Assembly (NCBI GenBank): GCA_964354805.1
Contig: CAYHBD010000042.1
Coordinates: 18,038-82,037, forward strand
Direction: 5' to 3'
DNA length: 64,000 nt
Origin: an uncultured archaeon
GTDB lineage: Archaea; Iainarchaeota; Iainarchaeia; Iainarchaeales; GCA-2688035
In this document: positions 16,695-25,621 of the stretch, one piece after another
How the letters are laid out: every line of letters starts with the position of its first letter
Numbering within the stretch: the stretch's first letter is position 1
Made by a program: the position numbers and the translations under genes
The notes under the pieces: generated by a model
Databases searched by the model: none
Seen by the model: only the letters and a program-made list of their open reading frames with translations
What the model was told of the DNA's origin: nothing

Positions 16695-18335
16695 TTACAT
16701 CTCCATGTCTCCCATTCCGCCTGGAGGCATTCCGCCCATTGGCGGACCCTTGCTTTTGCTGTTCCCTGCAATAATGTCATCAATGCGCAGAATCATTTCC
16801 GCAACCTCTGTTCCGCTGGTGATTGCCTGCAGCTTCACTGACAATGGCTCAATAACATTTGCTGCACGCATATCAGAAAGCTTCTGCTTGAATACGTCAA
16901 CTCCAATGTATTTGCCTTCCTTTGCCTTGTGCCTTGCCCTAAGGTTAACGATTGTTTCAAGCGGGTCCATTCCTGCTGTTTCAGCCAAGGTCCTTGGAAT
17001 TTCCTCCAGGGTTTCTGCAAAGGCGTCAATTGCCAACTGCTCCTTGCCTCCGATGGTTTGAGCATATTCGCGCAGCCTTACTGCCACTTCAGCCTCAATG
17101 CTGCCTCCGCCTGCCACAATCTTTCCGTCCTTAAGCACGTCAGCAACACTCATTAGGCCGTCGTGCACTGCTCTTTCAACTTCGTCAATAACATGCTCCG
17201 AGCCTCCCCTTATCAGCAGTGAAACGCTTTTCGGGTTTTTGCATCCTTCCACAAAAACCATTTCATCGCCTGCAATCTTTCTTTCTTCAACCAGGGCAGC
17301 TTTTCCAAGGTCGCTTGCGCTCAAATCATTTATTCTTGAAACAACCTTTCCCTTTGTTGCCCTTGCCAATGCCTCCATGTCTGACTGCTTTACTCTTCTT
17401 ACTGCAGCAATTCCTTCTTTTGCAAGGAAGTGCTGTGCCAGGTCATCAATTCCTTTCTGGCATACAACAAAATTTGCTCCGGATTGCTTTATTTTTTCAA
17501 CCATCTTGCGCAGCATTGCTTCCTCCTGGTCAACGAATGCCTGCATTTGGTCCGGGCTTGTTATCTCAATCTTTGCGTCTGTCTCTGGCTCTTTTATCTC
17601 TAAAGCAGAATCAATCAAGGCAATTTTTGCCTCTTTCACTCTTTTCGGCATTCCGCTGTGGACAATCTCCTTGTCAATTATTATCCCCTGGACAAGCTTG
17701 CTTTCGCCCAATGCTGCCCCCTGCTTTTTCTCAACCTTTACATTGTCAATATCAACGATGGTTTTTCCTTCAACCTCTTCGGCAACAGCGTTGATTGCAT
17801 TCACAACCAGGTCAACAAGCGCTTCAGCTGATTCAGCGACCTTTCCAGTCATTGTTGTCAGGGCAATGTTGCGTAGCATCTTGCTGTCGTTTTTTTCAAT
17901 TGAATCAGCAGTATTGTTCAAAATCTCTTTTGCCTTTTTTGCAGCCTCCCTGTAGCCCTTGATTATAATGCTTGGGTGAATCTCGTCATCCAGCATTTTT
18001 TCAGCATTCTTAAGCAATGTGCCTGATATTATAACAGCTGTTGTTGTTCCATCGCCAACCTCTTCATCCTGCGTTTTTGCAACTTCAACCATCATTTTTC
18101 CTGCGGGGTGGTCAATGCTCATTTCCCCCAGAATTGTTGCGCCATCGTTGCTTATTGTAACATCCCCAAGCTCGTCAACAATCATTTTGTCCATTCCCTT
18201 TGGCCCAAGAGTGCTCTTTACCGCGTTTGCAACCGCCTTTGCAATCAGAATGTTTATTCTCTGGGCGTCCCTGCCCCTGGTCCTCTTTGTCCCTTCGGAC
18301 AAAAACATAATTGGTTGTTGTGATGCGTCAGCCAT
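16695..18335 (-). CDS. ths: thermosome subunit (group II chaperonin)
   Basis: 546 aa. [29 protein letters not shown] and the C-terminal [13 protein letters not shown] tail are all present. Confidence 0.95.
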   Translation of the reverse strand: MADASQQPIMFLSEGTKRTRGRDAQRINILIAKAVANAVKSTLGPKGMDKMIVDELGDVTISNDGATILGEMSIDHPAGKMMVEVAKTQDEEVGDGTTTAVIISGTLLKNAEKMLDDEIHPSIIIKGYREAAKKAKEILNNTADSIEKNDSKMLRNIALTTMTGKVAESAEALVDLVVNAINAVAEEVEGKTIVDIDNVKVEKKQGAALGESKLVQGIIIDKEIVHSGMPKRVKEAKIALIDSALEIKEPETDAKIEITSPDQMQAFVDQEEAMLRKMVEKIKQSGANFVVCQKGIDDLAQHFLAKEGIAAVRRVKQSDMEALARATKGKVVSRINDLSASDLGKAALVEERKIAGDEMVFVEGCKNPKSVSLLIRGGSEHVIDEVERAVHDGLMSVADVLKDGKIVAGGGSIEAEVAVRLREYAQTIGGKEQLAIDAFAETLEEIPRTLAETAGMDPLETIVNLRARHKAKEGKYIGVDVFKQKLSDMRAANVIEPLSVKLQAITSGTEVAEMILRIDDIIAGNSKSKGPPMGGMPPGGMGDMEM

Positions 18336-18583
18336 AAAAAAAACCCCTCCTTAAAAAGGTCCAATTTCCAGATTAATGCAATATTAATCCAGCAAAAATC
18401 GGTTAAAAAATTGATGGATATAAATGTTTAAAAATAGTGCGGTTGGCGAATGTGGATGTTGAACATTTGCTCTGGGCAAGCTTGCATTATTCAGATAATT
18501 CCCATGCAAAAAGCCTGAACCGCTACGATTTTTAAAGGTTTTGAAGCCCAATTGCTGCAAATAAACGTTGAGGAGGAAGCCTT

Positions 18584-18682
18584 ATGCCAAAGAAAGTTGA
18601 GGAAGAGGAAGAATTCGGAGACGATGAAGACAATGATGAGGGAGACGAAGACGAAGGGTTCGACGAAGAGGAAGAGGAATAA
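18584..18682 (+). CDS. possible 32-aa highly acidic micro-protein
   Basis: GAGGAGG lies 6 nt upstream of the ATG. Sequence: MPKKVEEEEEFGDDEDNDEGDEDEGFDEEEEE*. It is not in the track because it is under 60 aa. Confidence 0.35.
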   Translation: MPKKVEEEEEFGDDEDNDEGDEDEGFDEEEEE

Positions 18683-18820
18683 CAGCGGAAAAAATTGCGT
18701 TTATTGGTGCCGGGCGTTCCGGGCGTTAATAGGGCAAGCGGCCAATTAACTTTTTTTATTTATTAAAAATTTTGTGGGTTTTTTAGTTTCCTGCCCTTTT
18801 TAATCTGTTTCTGTTAATTT

Positions 18821-18995
18821 GCTTATTCCCTGATTGTTTCAACTGTATTAGTCTGCCGGATTGCTTGTTGGGTTTCGCTTATTCCCTGGTTGTTCCAGCT
18901 GTCAGGGTAAGGAATGTTCCCCTGCTTTGGCATTGGGTTATTCTCTTGTTGTTTCAACTATCAGGCCTTTGTCCGATATTTTGACAGGGTGCAAT
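18821..18995 (-). repeat. three tandem ~57-nt units; the third is the true 3' end of the KaiC-like gene
   Basis: (g)cTTATTC(c/t)CT(g/t)(a/g)TTGTT(t/c)CA(a/g)CT starts at 18821, 18877 and 18936. On the minus strand each encodes ..VETIRE*, ..GTTRE* and ..VETTRE*. Confidence 0.7.
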
Positions 18996-19627
18996 AACTC
19001 GCTGTGGCCAGTGCCCCTCATTTTTACTATGCTCAAAACCCTTTCGAATGAAACGGCTTTTCTAAGCCTGCCCATAAGGATCAAGCCATCGAATAAGAAA
19101 TCCTCCGGGATGAATTCAACCATTTCAAAGTCTGTCCTTCTCCTTTCGGCTGTTGCAAGCAGTGTAACATTTTCTTTTGAAAGCAAATCAATAAGGGTAA
19201 GCAGTTTTACCCTGAATTCCTTCTGGCTTTCTGTCAGGTACTCGAATGGTGTTATTGAATCAATTGCCACTCTTGTAACATCTGCTTTTTTCACTTCGCG
19301 CAGCAATGCCTCTGGGATCATTTCATAGCCCTTGGCAATCGGGACCCTGATTAATTTTATCAAGCCGTTTTTTTCAAACTGCTCCAGGGGCATGCCGAGG
19401 TTTGCGGCAATTTCCCTGATTTTTTCAACGCTCTGCTCTGAGGTAACGAATACCCCGCTCTCTCCATAAAGCCTTGCCCCGTTGTAAATGAACTGCAGCG
19501 CCAGGATTGTTTTGCCTGCGCCAGGCTCTCCTGCAACCAGGATGCTGCTGGTTTTCCTGAATCCCTTTATTCCGATGGCTTCATCCAGGCCTGGAGTGCC
19601 GCTTTTTACAATATTCGCTTCCGGCAT
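18938..19627 (-). CDS. single-domain KaiC/RadA-like RecA-superfamily ATPase
   Basis: Walker A is VAGEPGAGKT, Walker B-like is VTRVAIDSIT, and the KaiC-like tail is SIVKMRGTGHS. Confidence 0.8.
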   Translation of the reverse strand: MPEANIVKSGTPGLDEAIGIKGFRKTSSILVAGEPGAGKTILALQFIYNGARLYGESGVFVTSEQSVEKIREIAANLGMPLEQFEKNGLIKLIRVPIAKGYEMIPEALLREVKKADVTRVAIDSITPFEYLTESQKEFRVKLLTLIDLLSKENVTLLATAERRRTDFEMVEFIPEDFLFDGLILMGRLRKAVSFERVLSIVKMRGTGHSELLHPVKISDKGLIVETTRE

Positions 19628-19670
19628 AAAAAACCATTAAATAAAATATTTAATCTTCTTTTAATTAGTT

Positions 19671-20261
19671 ATGATTGGCGCAATTGGGCTGTTTTTGCTG
19701 GAGCGAAAGCTGCTGATGGTTGCCAAAATCGGCAAGGGCCACAGCAGTGAAATATTTGCCGTAAAAAATGGCGCAGGGCAAAAATTTGTTTTAAAGGCAG
19801 AGAAAAGCGGCAGCCAGCGCTTCCAGATGGCTGAAAGGGAAGTGGAAAACCTGCGCAAGGCAAACAGCCTTGGCATTGGGCCAAGGCTGGTTGATTTTGA
19901 TTTGGAAAAAAGGGCGATTCTAATGGAATTTGTTGAGGGCAAAACCTTTGCCCAATGGCTTTTTTCACAGCCCACGAAAAAAGAATTGCTTCTTTTTGCA
20001 AAAGAATTGGTTGAACAGGCAAAAGCGCTTGACTTAATCGGCTTGGACCATGGCCAGCTTGCTGGCGCAGGAAAAAACATTCTTGTAAGGGAGGGCAAGC
20101 CAGTGATAATTGATTTCGAGAAGGCAAGCTGCAGCAGGAAATGCCACAATCTTTCCGTGATTAAGGCATTCCTTTTCAGGAACCCGAACAGCGCCATTGC
20201 CAGAAAGGCAAAAGAAATACTGGGAAAAAAAGAAGCTGAAAAATTGCTTTCCCAAAAATAA
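19671..20261 (+). CDS. small Bud32/RIO-like (COG2112-type) putative protein kinase
   Basis: IGKGHSSEIF..KFVLKAEK (Gly-loop plus Lys), ILMEFVEG (hinge), LDHGQLAGAGKNILV..VIIDFEKAS (catalytic-loop/DFG-like). Confidence 0.55.
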   Translation: MIGAIGLFLLERKLLMVAKIGKGHSSEIFAVKNGAGQKFVLKAEKSGSQRFQMAEREVENLRKANSLGIGPRLVDFDLEKRAILMEFVEGKTFAQWLFSQPTKKELLLFAKELVEQAKALDLIGLDHGQLAGAGKNILVREGKPVIIDFEKASCSRKCHNLSVIKAFLFRNPNSAIARKAKEILGKKEAEKLLSQK

Positions 20262-20387
20262 TCAAAAAAAAGCGAAAATAAAGCAAAAAAGCGCTGCTTT
20301 CCAAAAAATAAAAATATTTAGAAAATAAAGAAAAAAATTACTTCCTAAATTTTCTATCCACCAAACTTTTAGAAAAAGTTTGATCAA

Positions 20388-20412
20388 ACAGCCTTTTCTT
20401 AAAAAGAAAAGG
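20388..20412. terminator. perfect 11-bp hairpin between convergent genes
   Basis: AGCCTTTTCTT-aaa-AAGAAAAGGCT. It lies 3' of both 19671..20261(+) and 20430..20843(-). Confidence 0.6.
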
Positions 20413-20429
20413 CTGGCGAAAAGAAGACT

Positions 20430-20843
20430 TCATTTCCTGAATTTGCGGTCAACTTCGTTGATTAGTACATCGCATGCTGCTTTTATTGCCTCAAGCTGCT
20501 TTATGATGCGCTCTTTTTCCTTTTCAATGTCCTGCACTGTCTCATACAGCTCAATCGCTTCCCTCAGCATGCCGCCGTCAACATAAGCGTAAGGGTGGGA
20601 ATCCATTTTCTGGGCAATCCTTTCAACCATTTTGCCAAGCCACAAATTCATTTCGTCCTTAACCTGGCCCTTAATTTGCTTTCCCTTGCCCAAATGCTTC
20701 CTAAGCATGTTAACAATTGTTGCCCTTGGAAAAGGCAGCTTTTCTTCAGGAATTTCTTCGCCTTTTTCCTCCAATTCCTCCAACTGCTTTGTAACCTCTT
20801 TCTCCTCTTCCTTTTGTTCCAATTTCATCTCCTTCTTAGACAC
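20430..20843 (-). CDS. histone-fold-like protein with an acidic N-terminal tail and a coiled-coil C-terminal extension
   Basis: LPFPRATIVNMLRKHLGKGKQIKGQVKDEMNLWLGKMVERIAQKMDSHPYAYVDGGMLREAIE aligns by eye to the archaeal histone / NC2-type pattern LP.a.v.Ri.k....ri...a...l......i...a...a....rk.v...d...A. Confidence 0.45.
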   Translation of the reverse strand: MSKKEMKLEQKEEEKEVTKQLEELEEKGEEIPEEKLPFPRATIVNMLRKHLGKGKQIKGQVKDEMNLWLGKMVERIAQKMDSHPYAYVDGGMLREAIELYETVQDIEKEKERIIKQLEAIKAACDVLINEVDRKFRK

Positions 20844-21007
20844 AAAAACCAGCCCCTCAAATTTTCAACAGAAACCATCAAGAATATAGCAAATAATTTT
20901 GCCAGCATTCAGATTTTAAAGCATTACTGTCCAAAAAAACAAAGCCCATTTTTGCGCCCTGTGGGGCTGCAAAAAATGCACTTTGGTTATGTATAATGCA
21001 TAATTGT

Positions 21008-21079
21008 GTGCGGCTCAGTTCGCCCATCTTTCTTCATTGCCGAAGCTCAGTGTCATCGTCAGATCGCTCATTGCCGCAC
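21008..21079 (-). ncRNA. candidate C/D-box-like sRNA (weak C box)
   Basis: Minus-strand reading: GTGCGGC-AATGAGC..CTGA-GCTTCGGC-AATGAAGA-AAGATGGGCGAA(12 nt)-CTGA-GCCGCAC. It has a 7-bp terminal stem and a UUCG-capped internal hairpin, as in 34496..34557. Confidence 0.3.
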
Positions 21080-21199
21080 GATACAATATGCTGGAGGAAG
21101 CTTTTTAATGCAATTTTTTTGGTTTTCAAGGCAGCTGAATTGCAACGGAAAAAAACTGCTTTTCAATGCAACTTTGCTGAAAGAAGTTGGCTTGTGTTG

Positions 21200-22216
21200 T
21201 CAAAATGGTTTTTTTATTGCGCCGACTGCCAGCGCATAGTAGTAGAATTCGCCCCATAGTTCAAAGTATTTTACTGGCTTTTCCTCCAGTTCTGAATAGT
21301 TTATTATGAATTCCTTGAATGCAAGCCATTTTTGCCTGTGCTCAGCCGACTCTTTTGTTTCAAACAGCCAGTAGAAAAACTTGTAGGCTATTTTTCCAAA
21401 ATAGCAGTAGTAAAGAACCTGAATTGCAAGATATGCGATAACCACTAGCGTCAATAAGAGTGCTAACAACTGCGTTTGAATGAAAACAATGTTCTGCATG
21501 AAAAAGAATATTGCGGCAATCGGCAGGATAACCAAGATGCCGAACGCAAAAAACAGCAGCTGCAATTTTATAATTTGCCAGATTATTTCTTTTGCCAGAA
21601 ATTTTTTTTCAACCGTTGAACGGTTGATTTTGCTTAAGCTGATGAAGTAAATTATCAAGAACGGCACAGCCAGCATTACCAGCAATAGCAGCAACATCGC
21701 AATTGCCACGGCAATTGTGTCTTTGATTGCGAAAAGCAGGAATGGAATTAGAATTTGGAACGGGGCTGAAACCATTGAACTGATAATTGAAAGGGCAAGG
21801 GAGGCTATGAAACCGAATGCTATAAAGCCAATGCTGCTTTTTGGCTTGAATCCAAAAGCCGAACCGAATTTGTTTGCCGTACTTTCGATTACAAGTGTTT
21901 CATACTTTTTTACAATTTTATCCAAATCAGAAAACTGCACTTTCGCATTTTCGCCTTGCTTATTTTTTTCAAAGAACTGCCAGAGGAAAACCTCGTTGTA
22001 GTTCAGGTCGGTGTTATTTTTTAGTTTCAGCTCAAAACCATCAGCAAAATATTGCTCCACTTCCAGTTTTCCTTTTTTTGCAAGATGCAGAATGTCGGCA
22101 ATTATTCCTTTTTTCGTTACCTTGAATGTTGAAAGATATTCCGCTACCGAAGGCCTGTACGAAAAAGGCGGTTCTATATAGAAATCTTCATTTTTAAGGT
22201 TTGACGTTTCTTCCAT
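21200..22216 (-). CDS. DUF2207-like multi-pass membrane protein
   Basis: An N-terminal soluble part, four to five TM helices, and a C-terminal ..LWGEFYYYALAVGAIKK resembling the DUF2207 terminus. Confidence 0.45.
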   Translation of the reverse strand: MEETSNLKNEDFYIEPPFSYRPSVAEYLSTFKVTKKGIIADILHLAKKGKLEVEQYFADGFELKLKNNTDLNYNEVFLWQFFEKNKQGENAKVQFSDLDKIVKKYETLVIESTANKFGSAFGFKPKSSIGFIAFGFIASLALSIISSMVSAPFQILIPFLLFAIKDTIAVAIAMLLLLLVMLAVPFLIIYFISLSKINRSTVEKKFLAKEIIWQIIKLQLLFFAFGILVILPIAAIFFFMQNIVFIQTQLLALLLTLVVIAYLAIQVLYYCYFGKIAYKFFYWLFETKESAEHRQKWLAFKEFIINYSELEEKPVKYFELWGEFYYYALAVGAIKKPF

Positions 22217-22270
22217 AAAAAAAAACCATTTAAAGTCCTTATCAAACGTGCATCAATTTATAAGTGTTTT

Positions 22271-23011
22271 TTGGAATTAAATATCTTTCGGGTTGCAATG
22301 CAATGCCAAAGAGAGGGCGGTTCAGTGCTAAAAGGAAAAAAAGTCCGGCCTGAAACTCGGTTTTTTGCAGTAATAACAGGCTTGTTTGTTGCAGTGCTGC
22401 TTATTTCAAACGCTGCTTCAACAAAAATAGTTGATTTGGGGATTTTTGTTTTCGACGGCGGAACACTGCTTTTTCCCTTATCATACATTTTCGGCGACAT
22501 TTTGACAGAGGTTTACGGCTACAGGAAAGCAAGGCAGGTTATCTGGACTGGCTTCTTTTCAGCTGCGCTCATGTCTGCTGTTTTTGCAGTTGTCGGCTTT
22601 CTGCCTGCAGCAAAAGGCTGGGAAAACCAGGCAGCATATGATGCGATTCTTGGCATGGTTCCGAGGATTGTTATTGCTTCACTTATCGCGTATTTTGCAG
22701 GAGAGTTCTCAAACAGCTTTGTGCTTGCCAAAATGAAAATAATCACTAAAGGAAAAATGCTTTGGGCGAGAACAATCGGCAGCACTGTTGTAGGCGAGGG
22801 CGTTGACACAATGCTTTTTGCAACAATCGCTTTCTATGGAACGCTGCCAGCTGAAATTTTCATTGCATTGGTTGCCTCAAACTATGTTTTCAAGGTAGGC
22901 GTTGAAGTGATTTTCACGCCCTTAACATACAAAATAGTGAATTTCCTCAAAAAAGCGGAAGGCGTTGACGTTTTCGATTTCAAAACAAACTTCAACCCAT
23001 TCAAGTTATAG
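22271..23011 (+). CDS. yhhQ: queuosine/archaeosine-precursor transporter (YhhQ/DUF165 family)
   Basis: FPLSYIFGDILTEVYGYRKARQVIWTGF and SLIAYFAGEFSNSFVLAKMK are YhhQ signatures. Confidence 0.8.
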   Translation: MELNIFRVAMQCQREGGSVLKGKKVRPETRFFAVITGLFVAVLLISNAASTKIVDLGIFVFDGGTLLFPLSYIFGDILTEVYGYRKARQVIWTGFFSAALMSAVFAVVGFLPAAKGWENQAAYDAILGMVPRIVIASLIAYFAGEFSNSFVLAKMKIITKGKMLWARTIGSTVVGEGVDTMLFATIAFYGTLPAEIFIALVASNYVFKVGVEVIFTPLTYKIVNFLKKAEGVDVFDFKTNFNPFKL

Positions 23012-23132
23012 CATTGCGCCGTTTGCTGCAGCTATAAAAAACAAAAAAATTCAGGCAATTGCAATTTTCAGCCCAGGGCTTTTGAGCTGAAAGACAGATG
23101 CAATGCCAAAAAAATTCAGGCAACTGCAATGT

Positions 23133-24077
23133 TCAGCCAAGCGCTTTTGAGCTGAAAGAGGCGATCAGGAAAACAATATACAGCAGTATGAAAATAATGC
23201 CCTGCCTTTTGCCTATGCCCTCGTGCTTTACAAGGGAGTATACAAGAAAAGTGTTTGCAATAACCACAAAGCATATTCCGACAGTGAACGCTGAAAGGCT
23301 TATTCTGATCGGGTTTATAACCAAAACACTTCCAAGCACAAGCGTCAGGTTCACTACACTGCTGCCTAAAATGTCGCCTATTGCCAGGGCAATCTGCCCT
23401 CTCCTTATTGCGGCAAAATCAACGGCTAGCTCAGGCAGTGTTGTGCCGAAGGAAACAAGCGTAAGACCGATTACTGCCTCGCTGAAGCCTATTGCCAAGG
23501 CAATTTCCTTGCCGCTCCCTACCACAAAATAGCTGCTTAAAACAACGATTGCAAGGGATAGAAAGAACATCAAGACAACCTTTCCTCTCTCACGCCTCGG
23601 TATCCCATCGCGCAGGTGCAGTGTAAACCTTTCTTTCATCGTGAAAAAGCAGTAAATTAAAAACAGCAGCAGCAAAACAAGCCCTTCCCCTCTCCCGAGC
23701 GTTCCAAGGATGAGGAAAATCATTGGAACAGCGCCGATTAGCAGCAGCAGCTCTGCGCTGTCCAAAACGTGCCTCCTTTCAACATCAATCCTTCTGATAA
23801 GGGTCGCTATTCCGAGAACAAGGCAGATGTTTGCAACAGTGCTGCCCAAAGCATCGCCGATTCCAAGCTCCGGGCTGCCTGTGCCAGCCGAAATAACCGA
23901 AACAACCAGGTCAGGCATGGAAACCGTTATTGCAACCAGAATGAAGCCAATCGCAAGCTGCGAAATGCCGTAATGCTCGGATAGCTTTATGCTGTTGTTG
24001 ATTACCACCCTGCTGCTTAATATAAGCACGGCGAGCGAAATGCAGAAAACCAAAATGGAGAAAAACAATGAAACCAC
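23133..24077 (-). CDS. Na+/Ca2+ exchanger (CaCA/YrbG family)
   Basis: Two alpha-repeats are present: GIGDALGSTVANICLVLG and AIGDILGSSVVNLTLVLG. Confidence 0.85.
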   Translation of the reverse strand: MVSLFFSILVFCISLAVLILSSRVVINNSIKLSEHYGISQLAIGFILVAITVSMPDLVVSVISAGTGSPELGIGDALGSTVANICLVLGIATLIRRIDVERRHVLDSAELLLLIGAVPMIFLILGTLGRGEGLVLLLLFLIYCFFTMKERFTLHLRDGIPRRERGKVVLMFFLSLAIVVLSSYFVVGSGKEIALAIGFSEAVIGLTLVSFGTTLPELAVDFAAIRRGQIALAIGDILGSSVVNLTLVLGSVLVINPIRISLSAFTVGICFVVIANTFLVYSLVKHEGIGKRQGIIFILLYIVFLIASFSSKALG

Positions 24078-24270
24078 CAGGTTAGACAGCTAATTCAAAC
24101 AAACAAAAAGCATAAATAATTAGCCTACCAGCGCTGGTCAAAAAAAACAATCAAAAAAATAATTAACCAACAAAAAAAATGCCGAAAACAAAACAAAAAA
24201 TAATCAAAAAAATAGAAATAAATAATTAGCTTGCCAGAAATTGGCTAAAGTGAGTCGTGAGCTCAACTGT

Positions 24271-24492
24271 TCAGGGCTGCATTGTCAGGAAGTAAACAGC
24301 TGCCTTGCTTTTTGCAACCCTTTTGACAACCTTTTTGTTTTGCAACTGCATCAGAATGTTGTTGACCATGCCTTTTGAAAAGGGGCACTTGCCTGAAATG
24401 ATGTCCGCTGTCTTCGCATTGCCTTCCTCTGATGCGCCGATTTCCCGCATTGCTTCAACAACCTTCTTTTCATTGTCGTTCAATTCAACCAT
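24271..24492 (-). CDS. small winged-helix DNA-binding protein
   Basis: 73 aa: EKKVVEAMREIG..AKTADIISGKCPFSKGMVNNILMQLQNKKVVKRV. This follows the wHTH pattern. Confidence 0.55.
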   Translation of the reverse strand: MVELNDNEKKVVEAMREIGASEEGNAKTADIISGKCPFSKGMVNNILMQLQNKKVVKRVAKSKAAVYFLTMQP

Positions 24493-24552
24493 GCGTTCTC
24501 ACCATGCTAAAATTGTTTTATCAAAAATAGGTTCGCTTTCCGCACCCAGCTG

Positions 24553-24990
24553 CTATGCTTCAATTATTTTCTTTAGGTCAACTTTCCTTATGCCAAGCTC
24601 AAGGCAGCCTGCTGCCTTGCCGCTTATCAGCTGCCCTGCCTTTGGAGTAAAGCCAGTGCTGCTGACTGAAACCCTCACGATTATTGTAAAGCCGCTTTCC
24701 TTTGTTCTCTGGATTTTTCCGCTTATTGCATCCAGTTCAAATTGCTGCTTGAAAAGAGTCCTGTTAACGCTGCCCTTCTGCTCGTGCGAAATTATCTCAA
24801 ATTCCTTTATTTTCCCGCAGCCGCTTTCAATAAAACCATAGTCAATTGCCTTGTCCTTCGCCAGCTTTTCAAGCGCTGGAATTATGTCGCTTCCGTCATT
24901 CAGTTTCAGAATCAAAGTCTGTTCAGCCAAACAAAACACCCCCACAAAGGGAACTAAACCCATCCCCAAAATGAGGCATAGGTCAGGCAT
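24553..24990 (-). CDS. PPC/DUF296-like domain protein
   Basis: LILKLNDGSDIIPALEKLAKDKAIDYGFIESGCGKIKEFEI..ELDAISGKI. This is pattern-level resemblance only, and the start is uncertain. Confidence 0.4.
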   Translation of the reverse strand: MPDLCLILGMGLVPFVGVFCLAEQTLILKLNDGSDIIPALEKLAKDKAIDYGFIESGCGKIKEFEIISHEQKGSVNRTLFKQQFELDAISGKIQRTKESGFTIIVRVSVSSTGFTPKAGQLISGKAAGCLELGIRKVDLKKIIEA

Positions 24991-25130
24991 TTGCTAGTAT
25001 CAGTCAAGCCGCCACAGCAAAAAGCTGCCACGCCTTAAATCTATACTGCCTGCAAGCAGTATTTAAATATTATGCAAGGCAGACTTTGCTGATTGAAGAT
25101 TTAAAATCTGATGCGTTTTTCATTGTGTAA

Positions 25131-25592
25131 ATGTTCAACCAAAAAGAGCGCAGGGTTGCAATTGCCTACATGGCACTGCAGGTCGTGATTTGGGCAAAGT
25201 GCGCTTTGTTTTTTGCTTGGTTCGGCCACGGAAAATCAATGCAGTTCAGCTTGCAGGATTTTCCGGCTGACGCCATACAGTTTGATTTCTTTTTCCACAA
25301 CGGAGTGCATGTTTTGATCGGAGGGCTTGCGCTGCTTTTCGGAGCGAGCTTGCAAAAAATTGAATTGCGAAAATTGGCTGCTGTTGTGCTTGCTGCAGCA
25401 AAGCTTGCTGCAATTGTTGCAGCTGCTGTTGCACTGCACAATGTTGCATACTGGTTTACTGCAACGCATCTTGGCATTGAATACACTTTATTCGATTTCG
25501 CAAGGGATTTTGTACTGTTGTTTGCAGCTGTGGCAGCTGGCTTTTTGCTGAAAGTGATTTGGGTGAAAATTAAATGCAAACAAAACGTTTAA
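25131..25592 (+). CDS. hypothetical membrane protein
   Basis: 153 aa with about four hydrophobic segments and an Ala-rich low-complexity stretch. Confidence 0.4.
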   Translation: MFNQKERRVAIAYMALQVVIWAKCALFFAWFGHGKSMQFSLQDFPADAIQFDFFFHNGVHVLIGGLALLFGASLQKIELRKLAAVVLAAAKLAAIVAAAVALHNVAYWFTATHLGIEYTLFDFARDFVLLFAAVAAGFLLKVIWVKIKCKQNV

Positions 25593-25621
25593 ATTTCTGA
25601 AAAACCATTCTCTTTTTCATT

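Noticed and set aside
16457-16841. A poly-Phe/Leu ORF (16457..16783, minus) and a poly-Lys ORF (16539..16841, plus).
   Set aside because: Both lie in the A/T low-complexity tract and overlap the thermosome 3' end. Their composition comes from the homopolymer runs. The same applies to 6484..6927(-) and 6749..7003(+).
17098-17955. Long plus-strand ORFs (285 aa and 191 aa) inside the thermosome locus.
   Set aside because: They are antisense to an unambiguous thermosome gene and have Ser/Leu/Pro-rich sequence with no motifs. Similar antisense ORFs were rejected at 11588..13074 (ileS), 50890..51681 (lig), 61550..62992 (gatE), 19661..20197 (kinase), 38191..39880 and 42033..42668 (proS).
18552-18749. 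The track ORF of 65 aa (MLQINVEEEALCQRKLRKRK...).
   Set aside because: It has a non-ATG start without an RBS and a Lys/Arg-rich composition created by the GA-rich tract. The alternative 32-aa acidic frame with an RBS is more plausible, though still unproven.
24112-24238. A direct repeat, ATAAATAATTAGC(C/T)T(A/G)CCAG, at 24112 and 24217, with small palindromes ACCAGCGCTGGT and GCCAgaaatTGGC.
   Set aside because: These are short (~20 nt) repeats within an A-rich inter-gene spacer. They are most simply terminator or promoter hairpins, and there is not enough evidence for a distinct element.
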